DNA from: Octopus sinensis
Taxonomy: Eukaryota
NCBI RefSeq assembly: GCF_006345805.1
Contig: NC_042999.1
Span: 64,356,001 to 64,420,000, forward strand
DNA length: 64,000 nt
Direction: 5' to 3'
The position numbers and the translations under genes were made by a program. Numbering within the stretch: position 1 is the stretch's first letter; every line of letters begins with the position of its first letter. Below are positions 52,517-64,000 of the stretch, piece by piece. The notes beneath the pieces are model-generated. The model was not told the DNA's origin. It ran no database searches and worked only from the letters and a program-made list of their open reading frames with translations.

Positions 52517-52745
52517 AGGCGGCGAGCTGGCAGAAACGTTAGCACGCCGGGCGAAATGCTTAGCAGTATTTCGTCTGCCGCTACGTTCTGAGTTCAAATT
52601 CCGCTGAGGTCGACTTTGCCTTTCATCCTTTCGGGGTCGATAAAGTAAGTACCACTTACGCACTGGGGTCGATGTAATCGACTTAATTCGTTTGTCTGTC
52701 CTTGTTTGTCCCCTCTATGTTTAGCCCCTTGTGGGTAATAAAGAA
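52517..52745 (+). mobile_element. SINE family B copy carrying the Tx1-like tail
   Basis: tRNA-like head. Ends gtttgtctgtccttgtttgtcccctctatgtttagccccttgtgggtaataaagaaa. Confidence 0.85.
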
Positions 52746-53322
52746 ACACATATTGTGTGTATGTGTGTGTGTATGTAAAGAAAGCAATGATTATATAACT
52801 AGCACTATCTGCATGCTAGTGTATGCATATACAGCTGCGTGCGTGCGCACATACACGCGATTACTGTCTAAATCTCCGACCAAGCACATACAGCTAGCTG
52901 GCATTCAACTGGAGTATCAAATTTCGAGCATTTTGATTGGGTTTTGGATAGAATATTCACAAAAAAGTCACTTCTATTGATTTTTTAATGGCTTTGCGTG
53001 GTGACTGGGGAAATGTAAAGATGTGCACGAACACCCTTGGACGGTTTTGAATGACCATAGAAATTGCAAGCCCTCTAACTGAAAAATTGTGGACTTGTAT
53101 AAAGGACACGTACACACACACACACACACACACACATATTTTGCCGTTTATATATATAGAGATAGTACATTACTTTTCAATATCTGATTAATAAGAATAC
53201 CATAAAATAGCTGTGGTTGATGTTACTATTTAACCGCACAGAAATTAAGAATGAGAATGCAGGAAAAGCAATTTCTTTCCGTCATGTGACTGCGGCCATG
53301 CGGGAGCACCACCTTTAGTCGA

Positions 53323-53961
53323 AGAAATTGACCTCAGGACTTATTCTCTGCGAGCCTAGTACTTATCCTATCGGTCTCTTTTGCCGAACCGCTAAGTTAC
53401 AGGGACGTAAACACACCAACATCGGTTGTCAAGCGATGAGGGAAACAAACACAGACATATATACAAATACACACACACACACGACGGGCTTCTTTCAGTT
53501 TCCGTCTACCAAATCCACTCACAAGGCTTTAGTCGGCTTGAGGCTATAGTAGAAGACACTTGCCCAGGGTGCCACGCAGTGGGACTGAACCCGAAACCAT
53601 GTGGTTGGTAAGCAAGCTTCTTACCAAACAGCCACGCTGCGCCTAATTGACCCCAGGACTTATTCTCTGCGAGCCTAGTACTTATCCTATCGGACTCTTT
53701 TGCCGAACCGCTAAGTTACAGGGACGTAAACACACCAACATTGGTTGTCAAGCGATGAGGGGAACAAACACAGACATATATACAAATACACACACACACG
53801 ACGGGCTTCTTTCAGTTTCCGTCTACCAAATCCACTCACAAGGCTTTAGTCGGCTTGAGGCTATAGTAGAAGACACTTGCCCAGGGTGCCACGCAGTGGG
53901 ACTGAACCCGAAACCATGAGGTTGGTAAGCAAGCTTCTTACCAAACAGCCACGCTGCGCCT
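53323..53961 (-). repeat. Local tandem duplication (about 320 bp x2) of a SINE C segment
   Basis: Both units share private variants (ctctgcgag, tcggcttgaggct, ccagggtgcc). Confidence 0.85.
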
Positions 53962-54930
53962 GTATGTATCTTTTTCTCTTTTTAATATAGAATTCATTTT
54001 GATCGGCAAATGGAGAAAAGCATTTTGTTTTGTTCATCATTCAGTGATTCTCAACCGGGTTCCATATGGCCCCTGGTTTTTTGGGGTCCACATAACGAAA
54101 TAGTAAATTGGAGATCCACAATAGTATTTTAAGGACCCCTGAAAATTTTTTGTTTTAGATGTATGTATTGGTATGTATTGCAAGAAACAGCTACGTTTCT
54201 TTCTCTAACATTTTACATAGTTCAGCTTAACAGAAGTTAATGTGGGAATAACAAAATAGGAATTTCGAAAGAAGTTTCTATAAAACTAGTTTTTAAACAT
54301 CGAATGGCTATGAGGATCCACTACAATAAAATAGTAATCAAAAGGCCGATAGGTAAACAATAGTTCAGAACCCCTGTTTTAAATCTTAAAATTTTGCAAA
54401 TTTTTATTGTCTTATCTATCGTTATCATCTGTAGCGTACGAATGAAGGAGTTGTATTCTCTTCACAAGAAGCCTAGTTCAGTCGACTGTGTGTGTGTGTG
54501 TGTAAGAGAAAATAATTTTTCGAGCAAAGAATTCTAACTGAAGGCTTCATAAAGCTTTAAAAAAATTCATATTTATATTGATAAGATAATAAAATATACT
54601 ATACCAACGTCGCCTTACAGATACCTGTGCCGGTGGCATGTGTAAAAAGATTCGAGCGAGGTCATTGCCAGTACCGCCTGACTGGCCCCCGTCCCGCTGG
54701 CATGTAAAAAGTACCCACTACACTCTCGGAGTGGTTGGCGTTAGGAAGGGCATCCAGCTGTAGAAACTGCCAGATCAAGATTGGAGCCTGGTGCGGCCGT
54801 CTGGTTCGCCAGCCCTCAGTCAAAATCGTCCAACCCATGCTAGCATGGAAGGCGGACGTTAAACGATGATGATGATGATTAACATCTATACTATAAATAC
54901 TATTAAATCAAAGTGTCGTTTCATGCTTAC

Positions 54931-55003
54931 CATCTTGGCCTGTTATATAATGATTTGGATTGATTCCTTTTCGCCATTTCGCACGTCTGTTCTGGAACCA
55001 AAC
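54931..55003 (-). CDS. Homeobox helix-3 exon (VWFQNRRAKWRKGINPNHYITGQD), Q50
   Basis: tag acceptor, GTAAGC donor (phase 1). Continues the homeodomain in frame. Confidence 0.95.
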
Positions 55004-55295
55004 CTAAAGAAAAGAAAAGTGACGATTGATCTCAAAATAATGGTTTCAAGTTTTGACACAGGGACACTAGTTTTTGCGGTAGGGTTACCTAATCGATTAC
55101 ATCGACCACAGTACTTGACTGGTACTCTCAAGGCTTTGGTCGGCCCGAGGCTATAGTAGAAGACACTTGCTCCAGGTGCCGTGGGACTGAACCCAGTACC
55201 GTGTAGTTGGGAAGCAATCTTCTTACCACTCAATATACAAGAGTGTTTTGTACGAATATTGAAGTAAGGGGAATTATTTAAATATCTTTTCTTAC

Positions 55296-55419
55296 CTGGA
55301 CTCTTGCTTCATCCAAGGAAAGTTTACGAGCAAGATCTTCTCTTGTGATAACATCTGGATATGGCGCTTTTCGGAATGTCCTCTCCATTTGCTCTAGTTG
55401 ATGTGATGTGAAAGTTGTT
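55296..55419 (-). CDS. Paired-like homeobox, Repo-like; homeodomain exon (R|[41 protein letters not shown])
   Basis: Read by hand. acag acceptor (phase 2), GTAAG donor after residue 46 (the classic PRD-class intron). APYPDV motif as recalled for Drosophila Repo. Confidence 0.93.
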
Positions 55420-55727
55420 CTGTGAGAAGATGAACACAAAATAAAAAATAATTTCTTGATTTGCTACGAATTCTTTGATAGAATGTTACATAGATTTTTT
55501 TTTCTATCTTTTACTTGTTTCAGTTATTGGGTTGCAGCCATATTGGGTCACTTGCCTTGGAAGTGTTTAGTCGCTCTCTATTGCTGAACTGCTAAGTTAC
55601 GGAGACGTAAATAAATCAACACCGGTTGCCAAATGGTGTGTGTGCGTGTGTGTGAAAGCAAATGTAGACATAAACACACAAACATAAATACATGCACACA
55701 CACACATATGTGCATATATGTATGTGC

Positions 55728-55768
<41 letters not shown>

Positions 55769-57604
55769 AACATGCATGCATACATGCATACATACACCTT
55801 TTATCTCTTTTACCGAACCGCTAAGTTACGGGGAAGAAAACACACCAGCATCGGTTGTCAAGCGATGCTGGGGGACAAACACAGATACACAAACATACAC
55901 ACACAGACACACAAACACACACACACATATATATATAATAATAATATAAATAATATATAGATATATGCATATATACGTACATATATGTACATACCTACAT
56001 ATATATGTATATATACATGCATATATGGGTACAGGACATCAAAAAAAAATGTGGACACAATGAGAAACAAGAACATAAAAACAAAAACATAGAAACGAGC
56101 TTTTTTTTCAAACAGCGAAAAAAAACAGAGCAACAAAGCATACAACACAAGGAATATTCCCCTTCTTCAGTTGTCCCTGTTTCATCTACTCTGGGTTTCA
56201 TATACGACGGGCTTCTTTCACTTTCCATCTACCAAATCCACTCACAAGGCTTTGGTCGGCCCGAGGCTATAGTAGAAGATACTTGCCCAAGGTGCCACAC
56301 AGTGGGACTGAACCCGGAACTGTGTGGTTCGTAAGCAAGCTATTACCACACAGTGGGACTGAACCCGGAACTGTGTGGTTCGTAAGCAAGCTACTTACCA
56401 CACAGCCGGCTCTTGTGCTTGAAAAATGAAACCCGTAAAACCAGTGTCTCGTAAAACGGATCCTCGTAAAGTGATGTATTATTGTATCAATATTATGATC
56501 GATATTAAGGCGGCGAGCTGGCTGAATCGTTAGCAGAATTGTTTGGCGGGCAAAATGCTTAGCAGCATTTCATCCGTCTTTACGTTCCGAGTTCAAATTC
56601 CGCCGAGGTCGACTTTGCCTTATATTCTTTCAGGATTGATAAAATAAGTACCTGTTATGCACTGGAGTTGATCTAATCGATTTACCCCTCACTCGAAATT
56701 GTTGACCTTGGGCCAAAATTTGAATCTAATATTATCATTGGTATTCTGAATATAGTAGAAATGAAAGACATACGAAGAAATAAAAAGTATAATATAAGTA
56801 AAAAACAAGTTTTAACCTGACAAAATATATGTCCTGTCCTTTGAGAAGCAACAATCTATTTTAGGTTGAGTAGAAATTTTATTTTAATGATAATTAATTA
56901 ACACAAATTACCACAAATTCTCTTGGCTAATTAACAACACATTAAAAAAATGTTTGTTTTTCTGAATGCCGGTTGCTTGAGAGTTCCGGTTATTTGAGTG
57001 CCGGATAAGAGGCAGTTTACTGTTTATATTAGTTTAAAAACTGCTTGTTGTCTTCGAGGTCTGTAAATTCTTTCATCCTATCGTCACCTTATCATTCTAT
57101 ACACCTACCCACCTACCACCATTGCCATTAATAACTGACAGTGTAACTTTATCCTCGGCTATTTAACACAAGATGAGTATCGGGTGACGGCGCAAACAGG
57201 CCTGGAGACCACTTAATAATCTGAGAAATGACAACGTTTTATTTCCCTAGTTCCCTTAATACATGGCCACCAATCACACATGGCCACGGAGAGGTGGACA
57301 GAAAGGCTGAAGGAAAGAGACAGAGAGAGAGGGGGAGTAGTGAGAGTTAATGAAAGAACTGGAGGATGTTGTATAAGATAGAGACAGTTGGAGAATGTGA
57401 AGAACTGCATAGATAGAAAGATATTAATGAATAGAGAGTGTGAGGAGGGGACAGAGGAAGAGTGAGTGAGAGAAAGAGAAAGAGAGAGTAAAAGAGAAGG
57501 AAAGGTGGTTGCTAGATTGACAGATGTTGACTCGTATCTAATTGTGTGTGCATGGTGTGTCTGTGTATGAGCATAAATACATGTATATGGCGTGTGCGTG
57601 TGTG

Positions 57605-57619
<15 letters not shown>

Positions 57620-57665
<46 letters not shown>

Positions 57666-58095
57666 AGAGGGAGAGAGAGAGAGTGAAAGAGAAAGAGAGT
57701 GGAAAAAGATGGCTGAATTAGAAAAGAAGAAAGAGTGAGTGAGTGAGTGAGTGAGAGCGATTGAGAGGGAGAATTAGTGAGAGAGAGTGAAAGAGAGAGA
57801 GAGGGAGAGTGAAAGAAATAAGGTTGAATCAGAAAAGAAGAGTGAGTGAGAGATAGAGGGTGAGTGGGGAAAGAGAGTGAAAGAGAGGAAGAGTGAATAG
57901 AGAGAGAGAGAGAGAGCGTGAGTCAGAGAGATATGGCTGAATCAGAAAAGAAGAGAGAGCGAGAGAAAGAGAGTGAGTAAGAGAGGGAGTGAAAGAGAGA
58001 GAGAGAGTGAGTGAGAGAGATATGGTTGAATCAGAAAAGAAAAGAGGGTGAGAGGGCGACAGAGAGAGGGGGGTTGAAAGAGAAAGAGAGAGAAA
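57620..58095. repeat. GA-rich minisatellite with recurring atgg(c/t)tgaatcagaaaagaa anchors
   Basis: Anchors at about 57709, 57818, 57931 and 58019. Confidence 0.75.
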
Positions 58096-58211
58096 TAGAG
58101 TAAAAGAAATCAAAATTTGAAAAAATAAAGTTAACTGTAAAATTACGAAAGTGAAAGTAATAGAAATGAAACTAATATTATATATTATATATTATATATA
58201 TATATTATAGT

Positions 58212-59210
58212 AATCAGCCGAAATTGCTAGGATGATCCGGTTCTTGACTGAAGATTGAGGCTTCGAATGTCCGTCCGTGTTTTTTGTATCGTCTTCTAAA
58301 TGTTTTACGTTCTTGTCCCAGGTTGTATTTTCCTACATATAATATATATAGCGACGTCCGTACCCTCTTTGGCCTTATGTAAGTACATATTCCTGTAAAT
58401 TTTGGTACGACTCTATACACTGTCTCTCTCTCCTACATTTCTCTACTCCGTTCAACTTTGCACTCTACTTTGATCTGTCTCCTTCTCTCTCTTCTCTCTT
58501 CTCTCTCTCTACTTCTCCTCCTTTTCTCTTTTCTTTTCTTGCCTCTGATTCTTTGTCTACTCTTCCTCCACTCTCTCACATTTCCCTGTCTTTCTCACTT
58601 GCACCTCACTGATTCTGTCCCGCAGCCAATCCTTGGCACGCACTATTTCTCTTCTCCCCTCTTTAAATTCCTTCTTTTCTCTCTCTTCTCCCCCCTTCTT
58701 GCCTTCGTCCCTCTTTTTTTCTCTCTCTCTTTGTTTCCTTTGCCCCCTTTCTTTTCTCTCTCTTCTCTCACGGACCGTTGGGTCAAACCACCTTTTGGCT
58801 CCGACCACTGCCGTGAGAACATCGTTGTCTTCGTCTGCCGATAAAGGCATTTTTTTCCAAATACGCCAGCTAAACTAAGTTGTACTGTTTATAGTCGTAA
58901 GACACCCGCTGTTTTTGTCCTGTTTTTACCATTATTGTTTTTGTACTTATATTCGTGTGGCATCGTCCATTTTTCTGTCCCTGTTCGTATACATTCGATC
59001 CTTCTTCCAAGAAATCTAATGCTCGTAGCCTAGTTTTTCCTGGGGCTGGCCGGATCGGAGCGTCTCAAGATTAATCAGCCGAATTGCTAGGATGATCCGG
59101 TTCTTGACTGAAGATTGAAGGCTTCGAATGTCCCGTCCGTATTTTTTGTATCGTCTTCTAAATGTTTTACGTTCTTGTCCCAGTTTTGTATTTTTCTACA
59201 TATAATATAT
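58212..59210 (+). repeat. Direct repeats of about 135 bp (58212-58345 and 59073-59210) enclosing a CT-rich core; Penelope-like tandem
   Basis: aatcagccgaa.ttgctaggatgatccggttcttgactgaagattga... occurs twice, with TA-rich flanks. Confidence 0.7.
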
Positions 59211-59221
59211 ATATATATATA

Positions 59222-59321
59222 NNNNNNNNNNNNNNNNNNNNNNNNNNNNNNNNNNNNNNNNNNNNNNNNNNNNNNNNNNNNNNNNNNNNNNNNNNNNNNN
59301 NNNNNNNNNNNNNNNNNNNNN
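59222..59321. other. Assembly gap (100 N)
   Basis: Run of N. Confidence 0.99.
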
Positions 59322-59665
59322 ACCTTATGTAGAGCACAATAGCTACAACCTCAGCACATACATACATACATACATACATACATACATACATACATACATA
59401 CATACATAATACATACATACATACATACCCTAATCATTTACAAAGCACACAACACACAACACATGGTACCAGTGATGAGATGCGCACCACTGATTCCTCT
59501 TTTAACACTGGGTCAATAACACACCTATTCGGTTAGCTGGAAAGTGAAACCACTCAAGTGATTGCTTGAAAACCTCAATAGATGAAACAAGGGTGAGTGA
59601 ACTGGGCATTGGAGTGTAACGAAAAACTTTGATAGCCACATCCAAAATACTTAAAATGAAAAACG

Positions 59666-59715
<50 letters not shown>

Positions 59716-60443
59716 TGTACTGCCCTGATGCAGTACAAGGCAGTGGCTCTCATGGCTTCTAATCTTAACTGATTGGAAGTGTTATCATGTAAATTGTTTT
59801 GTTATCATGTACATTATTTTGTTTTTGTATAAAAGATGGGCTACAGCAAATATTCTGCTCAATACCACAGATTTGCCTGTCAGTTGTTTTACCTTAACCA
59901 GTTGACCATGTCCCTTAGTGGATGACGATATGTGCATCTCTGATCACGAGCAGAAGTTGTGGGGTAGCATCACAGCCATGTGTTGAGAGGAATTACTTGG
60001 GGTTTGGATAATTCACCCTTGGAAACATGGGTGTTTCATTTATCATCCTTAAACAAACCTTATTCAGGGACCTTTTGAGCAGGGTGGGTTACTCGACTTG
60101 AAGAAAATTCTAACTGGGCCCCTTCTGCAAGGTCATGTGCTGTTTATCTGTATGTAAGACCACCACGTTGCGCACATATGGTTGTGATGCATGTGCCTGG
60201 TGTACCCTTATCAGACGGGTAGTCATGATAGGTATACTCGATTTCGTATAATTTACCCCAGTGTCACTTTGACTGCGGCCATGCTGGAGCACCGCCTTTA
60301 GTCGAGCAAATCGACCCTAGGACGTATTCTTTGTAAGCCTATCACTTATTCTATCGGTCTCTTTTGCCGAACCGCTAAGTTACAGGGACGTAAACACACC
60401 AGCATCAGTTGACAAGCGATGATGGGGGACAAACACAGACACA

Positions 60444-60496
<53 letters not shown>

Positions 60497-61215
60497 GCAT
60501 ACACACATACACGATAGGCTTCTTTCAGTTTCCGTCTAGCAAATCCACTCACAAGGCTTTGGTCGACCCGAGGTGCAACGCAGTGGGACTGAACCCGGAA
60601 CCATGTGGTTGATAAGCAAGCTACTTACCACACAGCCACTCCTACACTGTTCGACATAACTTCACAAGTTAGCAATACTCGGTCACTGCACGAGTGCGTG
60701 CAGAACGCTTTCGTTCCGACAACAATAACAACATAAACGACGACGATGATGCTTATAAAGATGATGGTGATGATGATGGTGAGGACGATGATGACGACAA
60801 TTAAGGAGGTGCGCATTGTTAATTATGAAATATGTATTTCTCCGATAAAAGGCCATGTCCCAAAGTGTCTGATACCATGGAATATATTTTTTGTAATAAG
60901 TGTGTTTGACCGCGCGTGCGTGTGTGGATATGACAAAATATCATTAATACTAAAGATTTTATTTTCCATTATGAGTTTAATTTTAGTTAATGGCATTTTT
61001 TTATGGTTCATTTACTCTAAGTACCTTAATTACAATTAAAGTCTGCATTGCATACGCTCTCACGCACTAAATTCAGCATTTCCTTGTGCAAAACTTCTGC
61101 CTAATCCTCGTACGCTAAACTAATCCTAATACATACATATAGGCACCCACACGTTCAAACACACACACACACACACACACGCATACACAATATAGTAATC
61201 GTAGTAGAAGTAGTA

Positions 61216-61262
<47 letters not shown>

Positions 61263-62131
61263 ATCGTAGTAGTAGTATAGGAGTATGCGATGTAACAGCG
61301 CGTCGCTGCATCTGTCGTTCGTTAAATTCGCTACTCCGTGCGGAGGACGCCTTTGCACCATTCAGGCAACAACCCTCCAACCCATGGGCCTGTTTTGGGT
61401 AGTCGATGCTGGCGAGGGTTTTACGAGGTCGGAGTGCAAATCCTCTTTTAGTCGCCTTTTACAACATACAAAGGAAACTTTGGAACTATTTTTTTTGACA
61501 TGGCAGTCCTCACAAAGTACTAGAGCAACGTGAAATGACGTGTTTTGCTCAAGAACACAACACACCACCCGTTCCGAGAACCGTACTCACAACCGAGCGA
61601 TATAGTATAATATAATATGTATGTATGTACGAGAGGGTACCCAAAAGAAACCGAAATTGTGCAATATTATTTTATTCACTTAATTTTGCATGTTTACACT
61701 TTTATCATCTTCAAAGTATTCTCCATTTGAAGCAATGCATCGGTTCAGACGCGTTTTCCACGATTCAAAGCAGTCCCTTTTACTCTTTTACTTGTTTCAG
61801 TAATTTGACTGCGGCCATGCTGGAGCACCGCCTTTAGTCGAGGATTTATTCTTTGTAAGCCTAGTACTTATTCTATCGGTCTCTTTTGTCGAACCGCTAA
61901 GCTACGGGGATGTAAACGCACCAGCATCGGTTGTCAAGCGATGTTGGGTGGTGGTGGACAAACACAGACACACAAACACACACACATATATATACATATA
62001 AATATATGCGACGGGCTTCTTTCAGTTTCCGTCTACCCGAGGCTATAGTAGAAGACACTTGCCCAAGATGCCACGCAGTGGACTGAACCCGGGGCCATAT
62101 GGTTGGTAAGCAAGCTACTTACCTCACAGCC

Positions 62132-62181
<50 letters not shown>

Positions 62182-62439
62182 TGAGAGAGAGCGAGCACAT
62201 AAGGAGTTTTCGTCAATTGACGTTATGTAATAAGTATGTACTATAAGTGCTCAGTTTGGTTTACCACTAAACTCCAGCTTGAACTGCAACTGAAAAATGT
62301 GGTGTTGAGACTGCCTATGGAAGGTGGCTAGAAGTGGTTTCCCCTTGAGCGATGGGATATAGAATAAAATATAAAGGAGCAAATCCTATTTTAATTTTAA
62401 TCTATCTATCAGTCTATCTGTCTGTCTGTCTGTCTGTCC

Positions 62440-62501
<62 letters not shown>

Positions 62502-62503
62502 TA

Positions 62504-62584
<81 letters not shown>

Positions 62585-63125
62585 TTATCTGTAAAACAGA
62601 AGGGATAACTTAAATCGGATCATCGCAAGTCTACAGTGAAGCATACAGCGTGTCTTTTGCTTGATAGTTTCTTGCGAATATTCCAGGTAATTTAACTCTT
62701 CAAATCAGCGTTCAGTGTAGAGTCCAAACGGTAGTCCATTGGTATCAAGTATCCTGCAAATCCAAGTTTGTAACAGAGGAATAACTAGTACATTAGTCAT
62801 TCCTATTACTATATACAAACCTGACGAACTAGATTCGTATGACGACCCTACGAAACTATTAGCTGCATGGAACCGAATCAAGCTGCCATTAAATAATGAT
62901 TTCAAATCTTAGCACAAGACCAGCAAATTTCAGAGCAGGAGTAAGTCGATGACATGAATCCCAGTAGTCAACTGGTACCTATCTCATCGACCCGGAAAAG
63001 GGATGGAAGGCGAAGTCGACCTCGGCGAAATTTGAACCCAGAATGTAAAGACCGACGAAATGCTGCTAAGCATTTTGCCCAGTGTGTTAATGAATCTGCC
63101 AGATTGCCGCCTTAAACTGTTATCA

Positions 63126-63190
<65 letters not shown>

Positions 63191-63192
<2 letters not shown>

Positions 63193-63737
63193 GCCCTGAT
63201 GCAGTACCAGACAGTGGCTCTCGTGGCTTCTGATCTTAACTGATTAGAAGTGTTATCATGTACATTGTTTTGTCTTGGTATAAAAGATGGGTTTTACAGC
63301 AAATAATCTGCTCAATACCACAGATTTGCTTGTCAGTTGTTTTACCTTAACCAGTTGACCATATCCTTTAGTGGCTGAGGATATGTGCATCTCTGACCAC
63401 GAGCAGAAGTAGTGGGGGAGCATCATAGCCGTGTGTTGAAAGGAATTCTTGGAGGTTTGGATAATTCACCTTTGGAAACATGGGTGGTTCGTTCAACACC
63501 CTAAAAAAATCTTTATTCAGGGACCTTTTCAGCGGAATGGGCTACTCGACCAGAAGAAAATTCTAACTGGGCCCCATCTGCAACGTCATGCCCTGTTTAT
63601 CTTGATATGAGATCCCCATGTCACGCACATATGGTTGTGATGCATGTGCCTGGTGTACCCGTAGTCATGATGGGTATACTGGGCTTCGTATATTTTACCC
63701 CAGTGTTTCTTTGATGGCATGCATTGCTCCCTCACAC
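63191..63737 (-). mobile_element. Non-coding retroposon-like element embedded in (AAT)n (second copy 59716-60265, fragment 24265-24430)
   Basis: Two highly similar copies, each abutting a long (AAT)n tract. Confidence 0.75.
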
Positions 63738-63750
63738 AATAATGATGATG

Positions 63751-63844
<94 letters not shown>

Positions 63845-64000
63845 TAATAATATATCATCCACTTTACTTTTCTTCCTACTCGAGTTGATAAAATAAGATA
63901 TTGATCAATCGCGTTGTGAGAGTGATATAATCAATTAATCCCTCTTCCAATACCTTTTGCTCTTGTTAGAAATGAGTTCTGATAGAAGACAAAATGCCTT

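Noticed and set aside
58557-58850. ORF MPLSADEDNDV... as the first exon of the homeobox gene
   Set aside because: It lies inside a repeat-bounded element, runs into GA low complexity, and has no phase-2 donor giving the homeodomain N-terminal arm.
58212-59321. Direct repeats as the paired LTRs of a retrotransposon
   Set aside because: No TG...CA termini, PBS or coding interior. The second copy abuts an assembly gap, so an artefact cannot be excluded.
61126-61450. CpG-rich open frame on the minus strand as a homeobox-gene exon
   Set aside because: It has no donor before it runs into a (TAC)n tract and no recognisable homology.
27-63113. tRNA-like A/B-box segments as tRNA genes
   Set aside because: They are heads of multi-copy SINEs with bodies, tails and TSDs, and no full cloverleaf was seen.
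1382-63896. Many short ORFs rich in YI, CV, HT, ER, LS or N/Y runs
   Set aside because: They are translations of microsatellites or antisense frames of TEs.

Overview
AT-rich, intron- and repeat-dense animal genomic DNA. The SINE, MITE and microsatellite repertoire suggests an octopus (inference, not verified). Two minus-strand host genes are supported. The first is the 5' part of MED12: six coding exons at 19528->363, all with GT/AG boundaries and a consistent reading frame, and the gene continues off the window start. The second is a Q50 paired-like homeobox gene resembling Repo: four exons at 55419->51230, with the first exon(s) not located. Most of the rest is transposable elements. These include a near full-length Tx1-clade LINE bracketed by (TC)n, a mariner holding nested insertions, fragments of CR1, RTE and R4/Dong-like LINEs, several tRNA-derived SINE families, piggyBac/hAT/pogo/mariner/GG-TIR MITEs, probable solo LTRs, and Penelope-like pieces with hammerhead-like cores. 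The most interesting signal is a set of elements sharing one 3' tail: the autonomous (TC)n-associated Tx1 LINE, an apparent ORF1-only 'half-Tx1' family (two copies), and a tRNA-SINE subfamily. There is one 100-N assembly gap. All similarity calls are by eye and from recalled family motifs; no database search was run.
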